From a bacterium (lineage in GTDB: Bacteria; Verrucomicrobiota; Kiritimatiellia; SPBP01): a stretch of 64,000 nt of DNA. The first letter of the stretch is position 1; each line of letters starts with the position of its first letter. The stretch spans positions 1,172-65,171 of the forward strand of contig JBAXKQ010000001.1 in the NCBI GenBank assembly GCA_037135275.1, written 5' to 3'. Below the pieces are notes generated by a model. It worked only from the letters and a program-made list of their open reading frames with translations, had not been told where the DNA came from and ran no database searches. Positions 1 to 9,898 of this stretch are shown one piece after another. Made by a program: the position numbers and the translations under genes.

Positions 1-738
1 TACGGGGCTACCGTGGCGGAGATTCTCGAAACTCTCGAGGCGGCCCGTAAACGATTGCACGACCTCCAGACGAGGGGGGAACGGATTGCCGACCTCAACA
101 GCCGGATCGCCGCGGCAACAGCCGCCGTGAGGCGGCTTGGCGGCAAACTCGGCCGCGAGCGACGCTCTGCCGCCGTGAACCTCGCAAGCGCCATCACGCA
201 CGAACTCCAGGACCTCGGCTTCACAAAAGGTGCGTTCCACGTGGAGTTGGCTGACGCGGAACCGGCCGCCACCGGCACCGACACCATTGAGTTCGGCTTC
301 GCACCGAACGTGGGCGAGGCGATGCGGCCGCTGCGGATGATCGCATCCAGCGGTGAGATATCGCGCGTCATGCTTGCAACCAAGGCGGTCCTGGCGAAGC
401 ACGACCGGATCCCTGTGCTCGTCTTCGATGAAGTCGACACAAACGTCGGCGGCGAAATGGGCTTTGCCATCGGCCAGAAACTTGCCGGGATCGCCCGCAC
501 TCACCAGGTGATCTGCATAACCCACCTGCCGCAGGTCGCCGTCCACGGGCTATCCCACTTCGCCGTGGCGAAACAAGTTCGCGGGGACAGGACCTTCACG
601 GAGATACGAACCCTGGACGGCGAAGCCCGCACCGACGAAATCGCCCGCATGCTTGGCGGAAGCGCCCCTTCAAAGTTGACGAGAGATCATGCCCGTGAGA
701 TGCTCGGGGTCGGAATATCCGGCCGAAAGAAACTTTAG
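1..738 (+). CDS. recN: DNA repair protein RecN, C-terminal fragment (5' end lies outside the window)
   Basis: Translation shows the SMC-like C-terminal signature helix and D-loop region (PVLVFDEVDTNVGGE ... QVICITHLPQVAVHG...HF.V.K). The ORF is open back to the window start. Confidence 0.8.
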   Translation, partial: YGATVAEILETLEAARKRLHDLQTRGERIADLNSRIAAATAAVRRLGGKLGRERRSAAVNLASAITHELQDLGFTKGAFHVELADAEPAATGTDTIEFGFAPNVGEAMRPLRMIASSGEISRVMLATKAVLAKHDRIPVLVFDEVDTNVGGEMGFAIGQKLAGIARTHQVICITHLPQVAVHGLSHFAVAKQVRGDRTFTEIRTLDGEARTDEIARMLGGSAPSKLTRDHAREMLGVGISGRKKL

Positions 739-753
739 GGAAGGAGCAACCAG

Positions 754-1776
754 ATGAGACCATTTGTGTGCGTTGGCGAGAATATCCACTGCACCCGCAT
801 CTACAAGACCGACGGCAAGTTCGTCACGACAACCCCCACCGGCTATGCCATCCCCTACCGGCGTGACGGGGCCGTCTTCCAGCTTCCGGTGCCCGCGGTG
901 TTTCTGAATGGCGCCGACTGGGCCAACGGCAAGGTCAAGCACTGCGCCGTCGCAATCTGGCAGTGCACCTACGGAGACCAGGCCGGCAGGAGGGCGGGCG
1001 AGGAATACCTGTCCGCCCTGGCGCAGGCACAGGAGAAGGCCGGCGCGACATATCTCGACATAAATGTCGATGAGTTCAGCACCGATGTTGCTGAGCGCAC
1101 CCGGCTGGTGGACTTCACGGTCAAGCTTGTCCAGAAGGCTTCACGCCTCCCGGTGAGCATCGATTCCTCGAATCACGACATCCTTCGCGCCGGTCTTTCG
1201 GCCTGCGACCGCTCGCGCGGCGCGCCGATGTTGAACTCGGTTTCGCTGGAACGCACCGCCGCCATCGACCTTGCCGCCGAATTCAAGGCAGTCGTCATAG
1301 CTTCCGCCGCTGGTGAGTGCGACCTGCCGGCTTCCACCGCCGAGCGGCTTGCCAACCTGGCGAAGCTGGTGCCCCAGTTGAATGCAAAGGGGATCAAGGG
1401 CGGCGCCATCCACATCGACCCGCTGGTCTTCCCCATCTCGACCGACCAGGGAAACGGTAACGCCTTCCTCGACGCGGTCTCACAGGTGCGCAAGACCTAC
1501 GGCCCCGAGGTCCACATCGTCGCCGGCCTCAGCAATGTGTCGTTCGGCATGCCCAACAGGAAACTGCTCAACCAGGTGTTCGCGTGGCTGGCGATCCAGG
1601 CTGGCGCCGACGGCGGGATAGTCGATCCGCTCCAGATCAACGCTGGCATCATGGAGAAGCTGGACACTAACTCCGCGACCTTCGGGCTCGCAAAGGCGCT
1701 GCTGACCGGTCAGGACGAATTCGGGATGAACTACATAGCGGCCTGCCGCGACGGGACAATCCCCGCCGGGGCCTGA
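754..1776 (+). CDS. pterin-binding domain protein (DHPS / methyltetrahydrofolate methyltransferase-like TIM barrel)
   Basis: N-terminal VGENIHCT resembles the pterin-binding GERxN motif. Length of 340 aa fits MtrH/AcsE/DHPS-like proteins. I cannot name a specific family. Confidence 0.4.
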   Translation: MRPFVCVGENIHCTRIYKTDGKFVTTTPTGYAIPYRRDGAVFQLPVPAVFLNGADWANGKVKHCAVAIWQCTYGDQAGRRAGEEYLSALAQAQEKAGATYLDINVDEFSTDVAERTRLVDFTVKLVQKASRLPVSIDSSNHDILRAGLSACDRSRGAPMLNSVSLERTAAIDLAAEFKAVVIASAAGECDLPASTAERLANLAKLVPQLNAKGIKGGAIHIDPLVFPISTDQGNGNAFLDAVSQVRKTYGPEVHIVAGLSNVSFGMPNRKLLNQVFAWLAIQAGADGGIVDPLQINAGIMEKLDTNSATFGLAKALLTGQDEFGMNYIAACRDGTIPAGA

Positions 1777-1780
1777 GCCG

Positions 1781-2875
1781 TTAATCCCTGAAGAACATGC
1801 AGAGGCGCATGGACCAGTAGGCAATCAGCGCCGTCGCCGGAAGAGTGAGGACCCAGGCCCATACAATGCGGCCGACCACACCCCACTTGACGGCGCTGAG
1901 CCGCTTCGTGGCGCCAACTCCCATGATCGATGTCGAAATTACGTGGGTTGTCGACAGTGGTATCCCAAGCCGGCTGGCGGCAAAGATGATTGTCGCTGCG
2001 GTGGTCTCGGCGGCAAATCCGTGGATCGGCTGCAGGCGCACCATCTTGTGGCCAAGAGTCCTTATGATCCGCCAGCCTCCTGTCGCCGTCCCGGCGGCAA
2101 TAGTCAGCGCGCATATCACCTTAACCCAGTCTGCGACGGCAAACTCCGGCGTGTAAAGAAAGCCGAGCCACGAAGGCAGGTTGTCGAAGGTGCCGTCCTT
2201 GGTGGCGGTGAATAATACCAGCGCGACCACACCCATCGTTTTCTGCGCATCATTCGTGCCGTGGCTGAAAGCCATGCCGGCGGCGCTGACCAGTTGCAGT
2301 TTGCCGAACACCCGGTTGATCACCCGCGGCGTCACTTTCACAAGGCATACGGTGAGAAGGAGCATCAGCAGCAGTCCCACTGCGAAACCAAGCGCCGGCG
2401 ATGTGATCATCGGAACGACAACCTTGTGCCACAGCCCTTCCGCCTTGCCCGTGGTTTCGTTCACCACCGACCATCGGATGACGGACCATTTGCCGTTCGA
2501 AGAAGCAAACGCCGCCCCGCAAAGGCCGCCGATCAGCGCATGGCTTGAGCTGGATGGGAGCCCCAGCCACCATGTGGCTAGATTCCACACAATTGCGCCT
2601 ATCAGGGCACACAGGATCGTGTGAACTGTGATGTAACTGGTATCGACGAGCCCGGTTCCAATCGTGGTCGCAACCGAAACCCCCACCAGCGCGCCGAGGA
2701 GGTCGAAGACCGCAGCCATCAGCACTGCCTGCCTGGGGGTAAGGACCTTGGTCGAGACCACGGTCGCAATCGAGTTGGCCGAGTCATGAAACCCGTTGAT
2801 GTACTCGAACACCAACGCTGCGATTAGTATGAGGAGTATGAGACTCACAGTCCGACTTCCCCCTCCACGAAACAA
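1781..2875 (-). CDS. pitA: inorganic phosphate transporter, PiT family
   Basis: N-terminal FEYINGFHDSANSIATVVST and repeated GTNDAQKTMG motifs are PiT hallmarks. It is a polytopic membrane protein. Confidence 0.85.
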   Translation of the reverse strand: MFRGGGSRTVSLILLILIAALVFEYINGFHDSANSIATVVSTKVLTPRQAVLMAAVFDLLGALVGVSVATTIGTGLVDTSYITVHTILCALIGAIVWNLATWWLGLPSSSSHALIGGLCGAAFASSNGKWSVIRWSVVNETTGKAEGLWHKVVVPMITSPALGFAVGLLLMLLLTVCLVKVTPRVINRVFGKLQLVSAAGMAFSHGTNDAQKTMGVVALVLFTATKDGTFDNLPSWLGFLYTPEFAVADWVKVICALTIAAGTATGGWRIIRTLGHKMVRLQPIHGFAAETTAATIIFAASRLGIPLSTTHVISTSIMGVGATKRLSAVKWGVVGRIVWAWVLTLPATALIAYWSMRLCMFFRD

Positions 2876-3057
2876 GACAAACGGAGCGGCCCAGAAAACC
2901 AGAGATTGTCACATTAGCAGGTCCGGTCAGGGCAGGCCACCAGAAAACTCAGGCAGTATTCCATCACAACGACAATTTCCAGCATCTCATGGAACCGCAA
3001 AATTCCCTCAGGCATTTGCTTGCATCATAGCCGGCAAGAATGTAATAGACACCGCCA

Positions 3058-4491
3058 TTGGGAGCGACCGAGTATGCCTGCACGGCAGCTTCGCCCCCAC
3101 GGAGGCTCGGCAAAGTGCATACCAAGACAAGGGCGATCACAAAACTGATTCTAGAGGCAGCCAGCAAAGCACGGGATGAGACCGGCAACGAACCCGATTC
3201 GACCGTGGTGACTTCCGTGGAATGGCCTGTGCATTGCACGGTCGGACCTGGACTTGAAGGCGCAATAGCGTGTGCGACCAAAGTCGGCTACGTGAACGGG
3301 TCAAAGGGCGCCCTGTGCTACCGCGGTTACGACATATTCGACCTGTGCGCGTACTCAACGTTTGAAGAAGTGTGCTACCTCCTCATGAAGGGCAATCTCC
3401 CCACCGAGGCCCAGCTCAAGGAGTTCAAGCAGATCCTCATCGGATACCGGAGCGCTCCAGACACCCTGCGCCACCTGATGACTTTCCCCATCGAGGAAAT
3501 GTCGACCATGGGTGCGCTGCGGCTCGGGACCAACCTGATGCGCTACAAGCTTACCGAGCTCGAGCCTGAAACCGCCAAGGCCGAGGAGGGCCGATTCATC
3601 GGCTCAGACGAGGACTCCATCGCCATGGAAACCGTGCCGAAAGGCGAGGAGCACGCGATCTACGAATTCAACGGCGAGGAGATCTCGTCACGGATCGTCG
3701 AGGCCAGCTACCGCCTTATCGCCGGCCTCGCGTCTATCGGTGCTGCAATCGCCAGGATTCGCGGCGGCCACCTGCCGCTGGCACCAGACCCCAAGCTCAG
3801 CCACGCCGCCAACTTCCTCTACATGATGTCAGGCCGGCGCCCGACACCCGAGGAGGAGCGGATAATGGACGTCTGCCTCATCCTCCACGCCGACCATGGC
3901 ATGAATGCCAGCACTTTCGCCGCACTCGTGGTCGCCTCGACGCTTTCCGACATCTATTCGTCGGTGGGTGCCGGTATCGGCGCGTTGACTGGGCCCCTGC
4001 ACGGCGGCGCGAACGAGCAGGTCCTCAAGATGCTCAAGCAGATCGAGTCGCCCGCCAACGTGAAACCATGGTTCGAGAAGGCCCGCAGCCGGAAATCGCG
4101 CATCATGGGAATGGGGCACCGCGTCTACAAGGTCTACGATCCGCGCGCGCGGATACTCGGGCCACTAGCCAAGCATCTGTGCCGGCGCAATACCGACGCA
4201 TGGCGGCTCTACAAGACCGCTGTCGGCCTTGAGCGAGAGGTCATAACAAACCTCGGCAGGAAGGGGATCTTCCCGAACGTGGACTTCTACTCGGGAATGG
4301 TATACAGCGCTCTTAACATCCCAGACGCGATGTTCACGCCGATCTTCGCGGTGAGCCGCGTCTCAGGGTGGACCTCAAGGATCCTGGAATACCTCAGAAA
4401 TAACCGGATCTTCCGGCCCAGGGCCATGTACGGCGGCGCCGTGGGGCGGACGTATGTGCCCGTCCGCAAACGTGACGAACTCGCCAAGTAG
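3058..4491 (+). CDS. gltA: citrate synthase (true start probably internal, with a non-ATG start)
   Basis: Contains YRGYDI, LHADHG and GMGHRVYKVYDPRA motifs of type II citrate synthase. The first ~60 aa (Arg/Pro-rich) look like an over-extension of the ORF. Confidence 0.85.
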   Translation: MGATEYACTAASPPRRLGKVHTKTRAITKLILEAASKARDETGNEPDSTVVTSVEWPVHCTVGPGLEGAIACATKVGYVNGSKGALCYRGYDIFDLCAYSTFEEVCYLLMKGNLPTEAQLKEFKQILIGYRSAPDTLRHLMTFPIEEMSTMGALRLGTNLMRYKLTELEPETAKAEEGRFIGSDEDSIAMETVPKGEEHAIYEFNGEEISSRIVEASYRLIAGLASIGAAIARIRGGHLPLAPDPKLSHAANFLYMMSGRRPTPEEERIMDVCLILHADHGMNASTFAALVVASTLSDIYSSVGAGIGALTGPLHGGANEQVLKMLKQIESPANVKPWFEKARSRKSRIMGMGHRVYKVYDPRARILGPLAKHLCRRNTDAWRLYKTAVGLEREVITNLGRKGIFPNVDFYSGMVYSALNIPDAMFTPIFAVSRVSGWTSRILEYLRNNRIFRPRAMYGGAVGRTYVPVRKRDELAK

Positions 4492-4500
4492 CGGGGTTCT

Positions 4501-5631
4501 TCACCTTACCCGGCGGAGCAGGACGAGACCAAGGCCCAGTGACGCCACAACCGGCGTGAACATCAGCAGGTCTGGCCTTAGCTCGTGGCGTGTCGCCAGC
4601 GAGTCCACCAGCAGGATGCACATGTAGAAACAGAACACCACAAGCAGGCTGATCACTATACCTGAAGTGGCCGACGTCCGCCGGGTCGTTAACCCCAGTG
4701 GTATGCCGAGAAGAACGAACGCCACACAGGAAAGCGATATGACAATGCGCTGGCTTAACTCCACGGCCAGCGACATCCTGTAGGCGGGACTGTTGTGCGT
4801 GCTCATCATGTCGTCGATCAACTCGCTCGCAGTCCGGTCGGGCATGCGCTTCCTGTACTCAGTCCCCATGCGATAACCGAGGTCCACCACGTAGGTGCAT
4901 GACCCTTCTATCAGCACGGCCCCGGGACGTCCGGGTACAAGCGGATTCACCGTAACGCCGCCGCTCAGCACAATTGTCATGGTCTTGCCAGCCTCGTCCA
5001 TTTCAATGACGCCGGCCCCGGCCCTGGTCTCCTGACCGAATTTGCCCGGCCTGTCGTCGTAGATGATAACGTCGCTGACCCGAAAACTGCGCGGGTTCTT
5101 GTCGGCAACACATGAGCCCACGTATATTGCGTAGCCGGGGATCCCGTACACAAACCTGCCGGGCGTGAGCAGCGCACGGACAATCTCTCCCTTGTGTTTG
5201 TATATGGTCTGCCGGTGCAGGTAGTGCATTTTGGCCACAAGTTCCGAGTTGATGTAAAGGCAGACACACGAGAGCAGCAGCGCAAAAAGCATCGGCCTCG
5301 ATATGATCTGCCAGATACTCACCCCGCAGGCCCGCATCGCCGATATTTCGCCGTCAGCCGACATCCGCTCGAAGACCAGGTGGCTCGCTGTCATCGAACT
5401 GATTGGAATGGCGAACGGGAGCACCATGGGAATTGCCGACAGGAAGACCACGACCATGGGCTCCCACGGAAAGCCGCGCGCAAGCTTGTCGGAGATCTGC
5501 GCCAACGCGCCAAGGCTCATGATGAACGTCACCACGACCAGAGTGATCGTGAACGTGATCACGAAATTGTTCAGTATGTATCTGTTCAGCAGGCGCACGG
5601 GTAGACAAATAGCCGACGTTCCGTTCCGCAT
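4501..5631 (-). CDS. LPS export ABC permease, LptF/LptG (YjgP/YjgQ) family
   Basis: LNRYILNNFVITF... N-terminus typical of LptF/G. It has six TM segments with a large periplasmic loop. The start is chosen at the internal Met (MRNGTS) because the upstream ORF extension is Arg/Cys-rich junk. Confidence 0.75.
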   Translation of the reverse strand: MRNGTSAICLPVRLLNRYILNNFVITFTITLVVVTFIMSLGALAQISDKLARGFPWEPMVVVFLSAIPMVLPFAIPISSMTASHLVFERMSADGEISAMRACGVSIWQIISRPMLFALLLSCVCLYINSELVAKMHYLHRQTIYKHKGEIVRALLTPGRFVYGIPGYAIYVGSCVADKNPRSFRVSDVIIYDDRPGKFGQETRAGAGVIEMDEAGKTMTIVLSGGVTVNPLVPGRPGAVLIEGSCTYVVDLGYRMGTEYRKRMPDRTASELIDDMMSTHNSPAYRMSLAVELSQRIVISLSCVAFVLLGIPLGLTTRRTSATSGIVISLLVVFCFYMCILLVDSLATRHELRPDLLMFTPVVASLGLGLVLLRRVR

Positions 5632-5764
5632 GCAACCATATTCGACCGCACACCGCGAATACACCGCCCGAAAACGAGGCTGCCGACAACGTGTGAGACG
5701 CTTAGGGCACCCTGGAGTCAGGCCGTAGATCACCAGACTTGACGCAGCGCGAACCCCTGCGCTA

Positions 5765-6826
5765 TTGTCACACATTATGCGACTGTCCCCCAGTATTCTG
5801 GCTCTGATTATTGCCGTTGCAGCGACTTCCTCGCCAGCCGCGGACGCCGAAAAGCCTGCCGCTCCCTCAAAGGTGGAGAAGAAGCAGTCCAGCATGTTTT
5901 CGCGGCCAAAGAAACAAACGCCCGCAGAACAACTCGCCTATGCCGGCTCGCTCAAGAACGCCGGGAAGCGTTCTGAAGCGGCAAAGCAGTACAACACCCT
6001 CGTGCAACGGTGGCCCGATTCAACCCAGGCCTCTGTCGCACAACTTGAATACGCCCGCATCCTGGAGGCCGCCGGCGACTATGCCGCCGCCTTCGATGAA
6101 TATGAGTACCTTATCCAGTACTACCCTGGGCAGTTCCAGTATGCTGATGTGCTGGAGAGTGAGTTCCGCATCGCGAACGCCATAATGACGTCCCGCAGCA
6201 AAATCCTCGGTATTCTGCCGGGCTCCGCGGGCTATTCGACCGCACTCCCCCTGTTTGAGCGGGTTGTCATCAATGCCCCACAGTGGAGCGGCACACCAAA
6301 GGCGCAGTTCAATATCGGCTGGATACACGAAAATCTCGAGGCCTACGACCTGGCCGCCGACGCTTACGAACTGGTGCAGCAGAACTATCCACGAAGCGAA
6401 GTCGCGGCTGATGCCGCCTTCCAGCAGGGATACTGCCTCTACGTCATCGCAAAGACCCGTCCGAACGAGGAACGCGGTCTCCTTGCGGTGAGAGCACATT
6501 TCCAGAGATTCCTGCGCTCCTATCCCGATCATGCGGCGGCGGGCGACGCCGCCGGGTACCTTAACGACATCCTGCAACGGCTGACCAAAATGGCCTACGA
6601 ACGCGCGGTATTCTACGATAAGGGCAATCACGCCAAGGCCGCAGTCATCGCCTATAAGGATTTCATGAACAAGTTCCCCGACGCGCCGCAGGCGCGGATC
6701 GCCCAGCTCAGGATTGAAGAACTCGGCGACGAGGCCGGCACCGTGAAAACCCAACCCGAACCCGGGACGGACAGCGAACACAAGCACATCTCGGGCGGTA
6801 TTTCAGGTGATGACAATGACCGCTAG
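5765..6826 (+). CDS. secreted TPR-repeat protein (BamD/YbgF-like)
   Basis: It has a signal peptide (ILALIIAVAATSSPAADA) and TPR-like helical repeats rich in Tyr and Ala. There is no lipobox Cys, so the BamD assignment is tentative. Confidence 0.4.
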   Translation: MSHIMRLSPSILALIIAVAATSSPAADAEKPAAPSKVEKKQSSMFSRPKKQTPAEQLAYAGSLKNAGKRSEAAKQYNTLVQRWPDSTQASVAQLEYARILEAAGDYAAAFDEYEYLIQYYPGQFQYADVLESEFRIANAIMTSRSKILGILPGSAGYSTALPLFERVVINAPQWSGTPKAQFNIGWIHENLEAYDLAADAYELVQQNYPRSEVAADAAFQQGYCLYVIAKTRPNEERGLLAVRAHFQRFLRSYPDHAAAGDAAGYLNDILQRLTKMAYERAVFYDKGNHAKAAVIAYKDFMNKFPDAPQARIAQLRIEELGDEAGTVKTQPEPGTDSEHKHISGGISGDDNDR

Positions 6827-6887
6827 AGTGACCCAAACAGCTGCTGCGCCTGCGCGCAACCGCCGGCTGCTGCCTGATGCCCGCTCA

Positions 6888-7388
6888 ATGGCATGGCTCA
6901 CCACCGTGGCCGTCATGATGATCGGCTTGGCTGGGTGCCAGGGCTATCGGCTGGGAACCAGCCTGCCGCCGGACATAACTTCCATATGCGTCAGGCCGGC
7001 CGTAAACCAGACAGCCGAACCCGGGCTCGAAACCATCGCCACAACTGCCGCTGTCCGCGAATTTCAGAAGGATGGCAGCCTGAGTCTCGCCGACATGGAC
7101 AAGGCCGATGTGGTTCTTGAGATGACCATGGTGGATTTCAGGCTGGAACCTTTGCGGTATTCCAAGGACAGGGCCACAGAGACACTGGAATTCCGGCTCG
7201 TGATCAGCGCGAATGCAGTCCTGAAAAGCGGCAGGAACGGCGCAATTATTTCAACCTACACTAGATTGAGCGGAAAGACCGATTTTGCGCCGTCCGGCGA
7301 CTTGGCAAGCGCAAAGCGACGGGCAATTCCCGCCGCTGCGCTGGATCTGGCTCACGCGGTTGTCGGCGCTGTAGTGGAAGCCTGGTGA
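6888..7388 (+). CDS. lptE: LPS-assembly lipoprotein LptE
   Basis: Lipobox LAGC followed by QGYRLG (compare E. coli LptE CGWHLRD). TLEFRLVISANAVL aligns with the E. coli TAEYQMIMTVNATVL strand. Size is ~165 aa. Confidence 0.65.
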   Translation: MAWLTTVAVMMIGLAGCQGYRLGTSLPPDITSICVRPAVNQTAEPGLETIATTAAVREFQKDGSLSLADMDKADVVLEMTMVDFRLEPLRYSKDRATETLEFRLVISANAVLKSGRNGAIISTYTRLSGKTDFAPSGDLASAKRRAIPAAALDLAHAVVGAVVEAW

Positions 7389-7651
7389 GACGCGCTCTTC
7401 TTGACCAGCAAGGCGGCTCGCGATTTCTTCCGGCTGGCGGTATTGGCCTTAATGATGCCCTTCTTCGCAGCCTTGTCCACTACCGAGAAGAAAGCACTCA
7501 TTGCCTGGGCCTTCTTCTTCGCGTCTCCCTCGGCAATGGCGGCAACAACCGCCTTCTTTGCCTTGCTGACCGCGCTCTTTGCCGCCCTGTTCTTCAGGCG
7601 GGCCTCTTCTGAGGTCCGCATTCTCTTTGCCGCGCTCTTTGTATGGGGCAT
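7352..7651 (-). CDS. rpsT: 30S ribosomal protein S20
   Basis: Begins MPHTKSAAKRMRTSEEARLKNRAAKSAV, the classic bS20 N-terminus. An AAGGAG Shine-Dalgarno lies 8 nt upstream. It overlaps the lptE 3' end convergently by 37 bp. Confidence 0.9.
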   Translation of the reverse strand: MPHTKSAAKRMRTSEEARLKNRAAKSAVSKAKKAVVAAIAEGDAKKKAQAMSAFFSVVDKAAKKGIIKANTASRKKSRAALLVKKSASHQASTTAPTTA

Positions 7652-7747
7652 CGCTTTGAACTCCTTTAGGTATTGTCTGACCAATTCAAAAGTGGTGGAA
7701 TAGTACCGATTAAGGTCACTAAGTCAATACGAATCTGGACTGTTGAC

Positions 7748-8428
7748 ATGACAAGGTTGCTGTTGAAGATCCTGCTTCTTGCGTGCGGCCTGGGGCTTCT
7801 GCCGTTCTGCGCTGCCGCGACCTGGGCCGTTGTGTCACTCATCGGCTCTCTCCGCCCAGAATCCATCCTCGTCCTGCCCGTTTCCATCTGGGCCCTGCTG
7901 GCAGGCCTGGGCTTGTGGCTCGTTGTCTATTTCGCACTGCCACGGCCTGTCCGCAGCTATGTGCTGGCTCATGAACTCACCCACGCCCTCTGGGCGTCCC
8001 TCATGGGGGCGGAGGTCCGCGGCATTTCTCTCGCGAAGGAGAGCGGCAGCGTGGTGGTATCGAAAAGCAATATCCTCATCACCCTCGCCCCGTACTTCTT
8101 CCCGCTGTACACCGTCATCGTCATTCTCGTGTACGCCCTGCTTTCCCTTTTTGTAAACACCGCCGAATACGAGTGGGTATGGCTCTTCATGGTCGGCCTC
8201 ACATGGTCATTTCATCTCACATTTACCATCAGCGCCATCCTGGGACACCAAACCGATATCGCCGAGTACGGGCATGTCTTCTCCCTCGCTTTCATCTACC
8301 TGGTGAACGTGCTTGAAATAGGCGCCTGGATCCTGGTCGTAACACCAGCCAGCACCCGAACATTCGCCGTCTTCCTTTTGGATGATTCGCGCGCCGTCTG
8401 GGCCTGGATTATGACGTGGTTTTTCTAG
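7748..8428 (+). CDS. polytopic membrane protein with HExxH (HELTH) motif, putative zinc metallopeptidase
   Basis: It has 5–6 hydrophobic segments. HELTHALWASLMG lies in the first cytoplasmic/periplasmic loop. I do not recognise a characterised family. Confidence 0.45.
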   Translation: MTRLLLKILLLACGLGLLPFCAAATWAVVSLIGSLRPESILVLPVSIWALLAGLGLWLVVYFALPRPVRSYVLAHELTHALWASLMGAEVRGISLAKESGSVVVSKSNILITLAPYFFPLYTVIVILVYALLSLFVNTAEYEWVWLFMVGLTWSFHLTFTISAILGHQTDIAEYGHVFSLAFIYLVNVLEIGAWILVVTPASTRTFAVFLLDDSRAVWAWIMTWFF

Positions 8429-8691
8429 AAGTCGGGCCCGCGCGGCTGCGATCCACCACGTCCCGGCAAAAAAAACTTTCGAAACCTTACAATAAATTGG
8501 TAGGTCTGTGCGTTATACATATATACGGAATGATCTGTTGAAAGGCTCCCGGGGGGGGCTTGCCGATGGACCTGTCCGACATAACTCGTTGCGCAGGAGC
8601 ATGATGCCAAAAAGGACTCCTGCGGCACATAAGCGTGAGTGCAGCCGTTTACTGACTGCGAGGCTGCAGAAAGAGGGTTGGTAACTTCGCC

Positions 8692-9300
8692 ATGGAAGAC
8701 GCCATTGCTGGTGAAAGTGACAAATTCCTGGTGGAGCAGCACCGACGTGGCGATGCAACTGCCCTCGAGAAGCTGTTGTCGAGGCACGGGCCTGGCCTTT
8801 TCCGTTTCATCATGAGCTTGGCTAGGCAAAATGACGAGGCTGAGGAGATGTTCCAGGAGGTGTGGTTTCGCGCAATCAACGGGATGGACAAATACAAGGA
8901 TGAGCGCTTTCTGTCATGGCTCATGCGAATCGCACACAACCTGTCAATAGACAGGTGGCGCAGGACAAGGGCAAACGTCGTGAGCCTCGACGACATGGAT
9001 GAGGAAACAGGGTTGAGCATGGCCAGCATGCTGATCAGCGCAGGACCGGACCCGTTCGGACACGTGGCGACGCTGGATATCGAGGCGCAGGTCGCGGCAG
9101 CGCTGGATGCCCTGCCGCTGGAGCAGCGGGAAGTCTTCCTGATGCGCGTGTATGAGAATATGTCATTCAAGGAGATCGCCGGGATACAGGGCGTATCAGT
9201 CAACACGGTCCTCGCGAGAATGCAGTACGGCCTGAGCAAGTTGCGGCTCATGCTGCGCGATGTATTCAGCAAAACGAAGGGAACAGAAGATGAACTGTGA
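8692..9300 (+). CDS. ECF (σ70 family) RNA polymerase sigma factor
   Basis: Region 2 (FQEVWFRAINGMDKY ... LMRIAHNLSIDRWRR) and region 4 (REVFLMRVYENMSFKEIAGIQGVSVNTVLARMQYGLSKLR) are present. Confidence 0.85.
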   Translation: MEDAIAGESDKFLVEQHRRGDATALEKLLSRHGPGLFRFIMSLARQNDEAEEMFQEVWFRAINGMDKYKDERFLSWLMRIAHNLSIDRWRRTRANVVSLDDMDEETGLSMASMLISAGPDPFGHVATLDIEAQVAAALDALPLEQREVFLMRVYENMSFKEIAGIQGVSVNTVLARMQYGLSKLRLMLRDVFSKTKGTEDEL

Positions 9301-9898
9301 ATCAGCCAGGCAGGAAATGCTTCTTGAGAGCTCTGGTGAACTGCCCGCCGACGGGAAAGCCGCCCTTCAACGCCACTTGGCGGAATGCGGCGACTGCCGC
9401 GGCTTCATGGCGGATATGAAAGCCATCGTCCGCCTTGTGGAGCGTGCCGCGCCGGATTCCATGCCGTCGCACGACACCATAGAGCAAATCCTCGCGAAGG
9501 GCCGGCTCGTCACCGACAGGCGACCGTCGTACATATTCACCTTTACGGCCAGGCGCCTGCTGGCCGTGGCTGCAGGATTCATGGTCGTCGCCGCCGGAGT
9601 CAGCCTGCTGGCCGTGGTGCACACCCGCCTGGGATCCGCGGCACATGGCCTGAGAGTATCCCAGATGGGCACAATCATGGCCATGGTGGCGGAAGACGAA
9701 TCAGCAGCCGCCGAGGCGGCTGCCCACGGGGATATATACCCAGATATGCGGGCTCTGGCGGCACACATACTTCAGGTCGAGGGCCTCGCGGCGGAAGAGC
9801 AGGCTGACAACGAAGAAACTATTCCTGGCGAGGATGAGCAGCCCAGAGATCTTCAATCGCGTAGTACTTCCGGCTCTCAACCAGCAGAATGTGCGTGA
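9290..9898 (+). CDS. anti-sigma factor, zinc-finger (ZAS-like), single TM
   Basis: An 11-nt overlap with the sigma gene suggests translational coupling. It has the HLAECGDCR zinc-binding motif and one TM helix (LLAVAAGFMVVAAGVSLLAVV). Confidence 0.6.
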   Translation: MNCESARQEMLLESSGELPADGKAALQRHLAECGDCRGFMADMKAIVRLVERAAPDSMPSHDTIEQILAKGRLVTDRRPSYIFTFTARRLLAVAAGFMVVAAGVSLLAVVHTRLGSAAHGLRVSQMGTIMAMVAEDESAAAEAAAHGDIYPDMRALAAHILQVEGLAAEEQADNEETIPGEDEQPRDLQSRSTSGSQPAECA

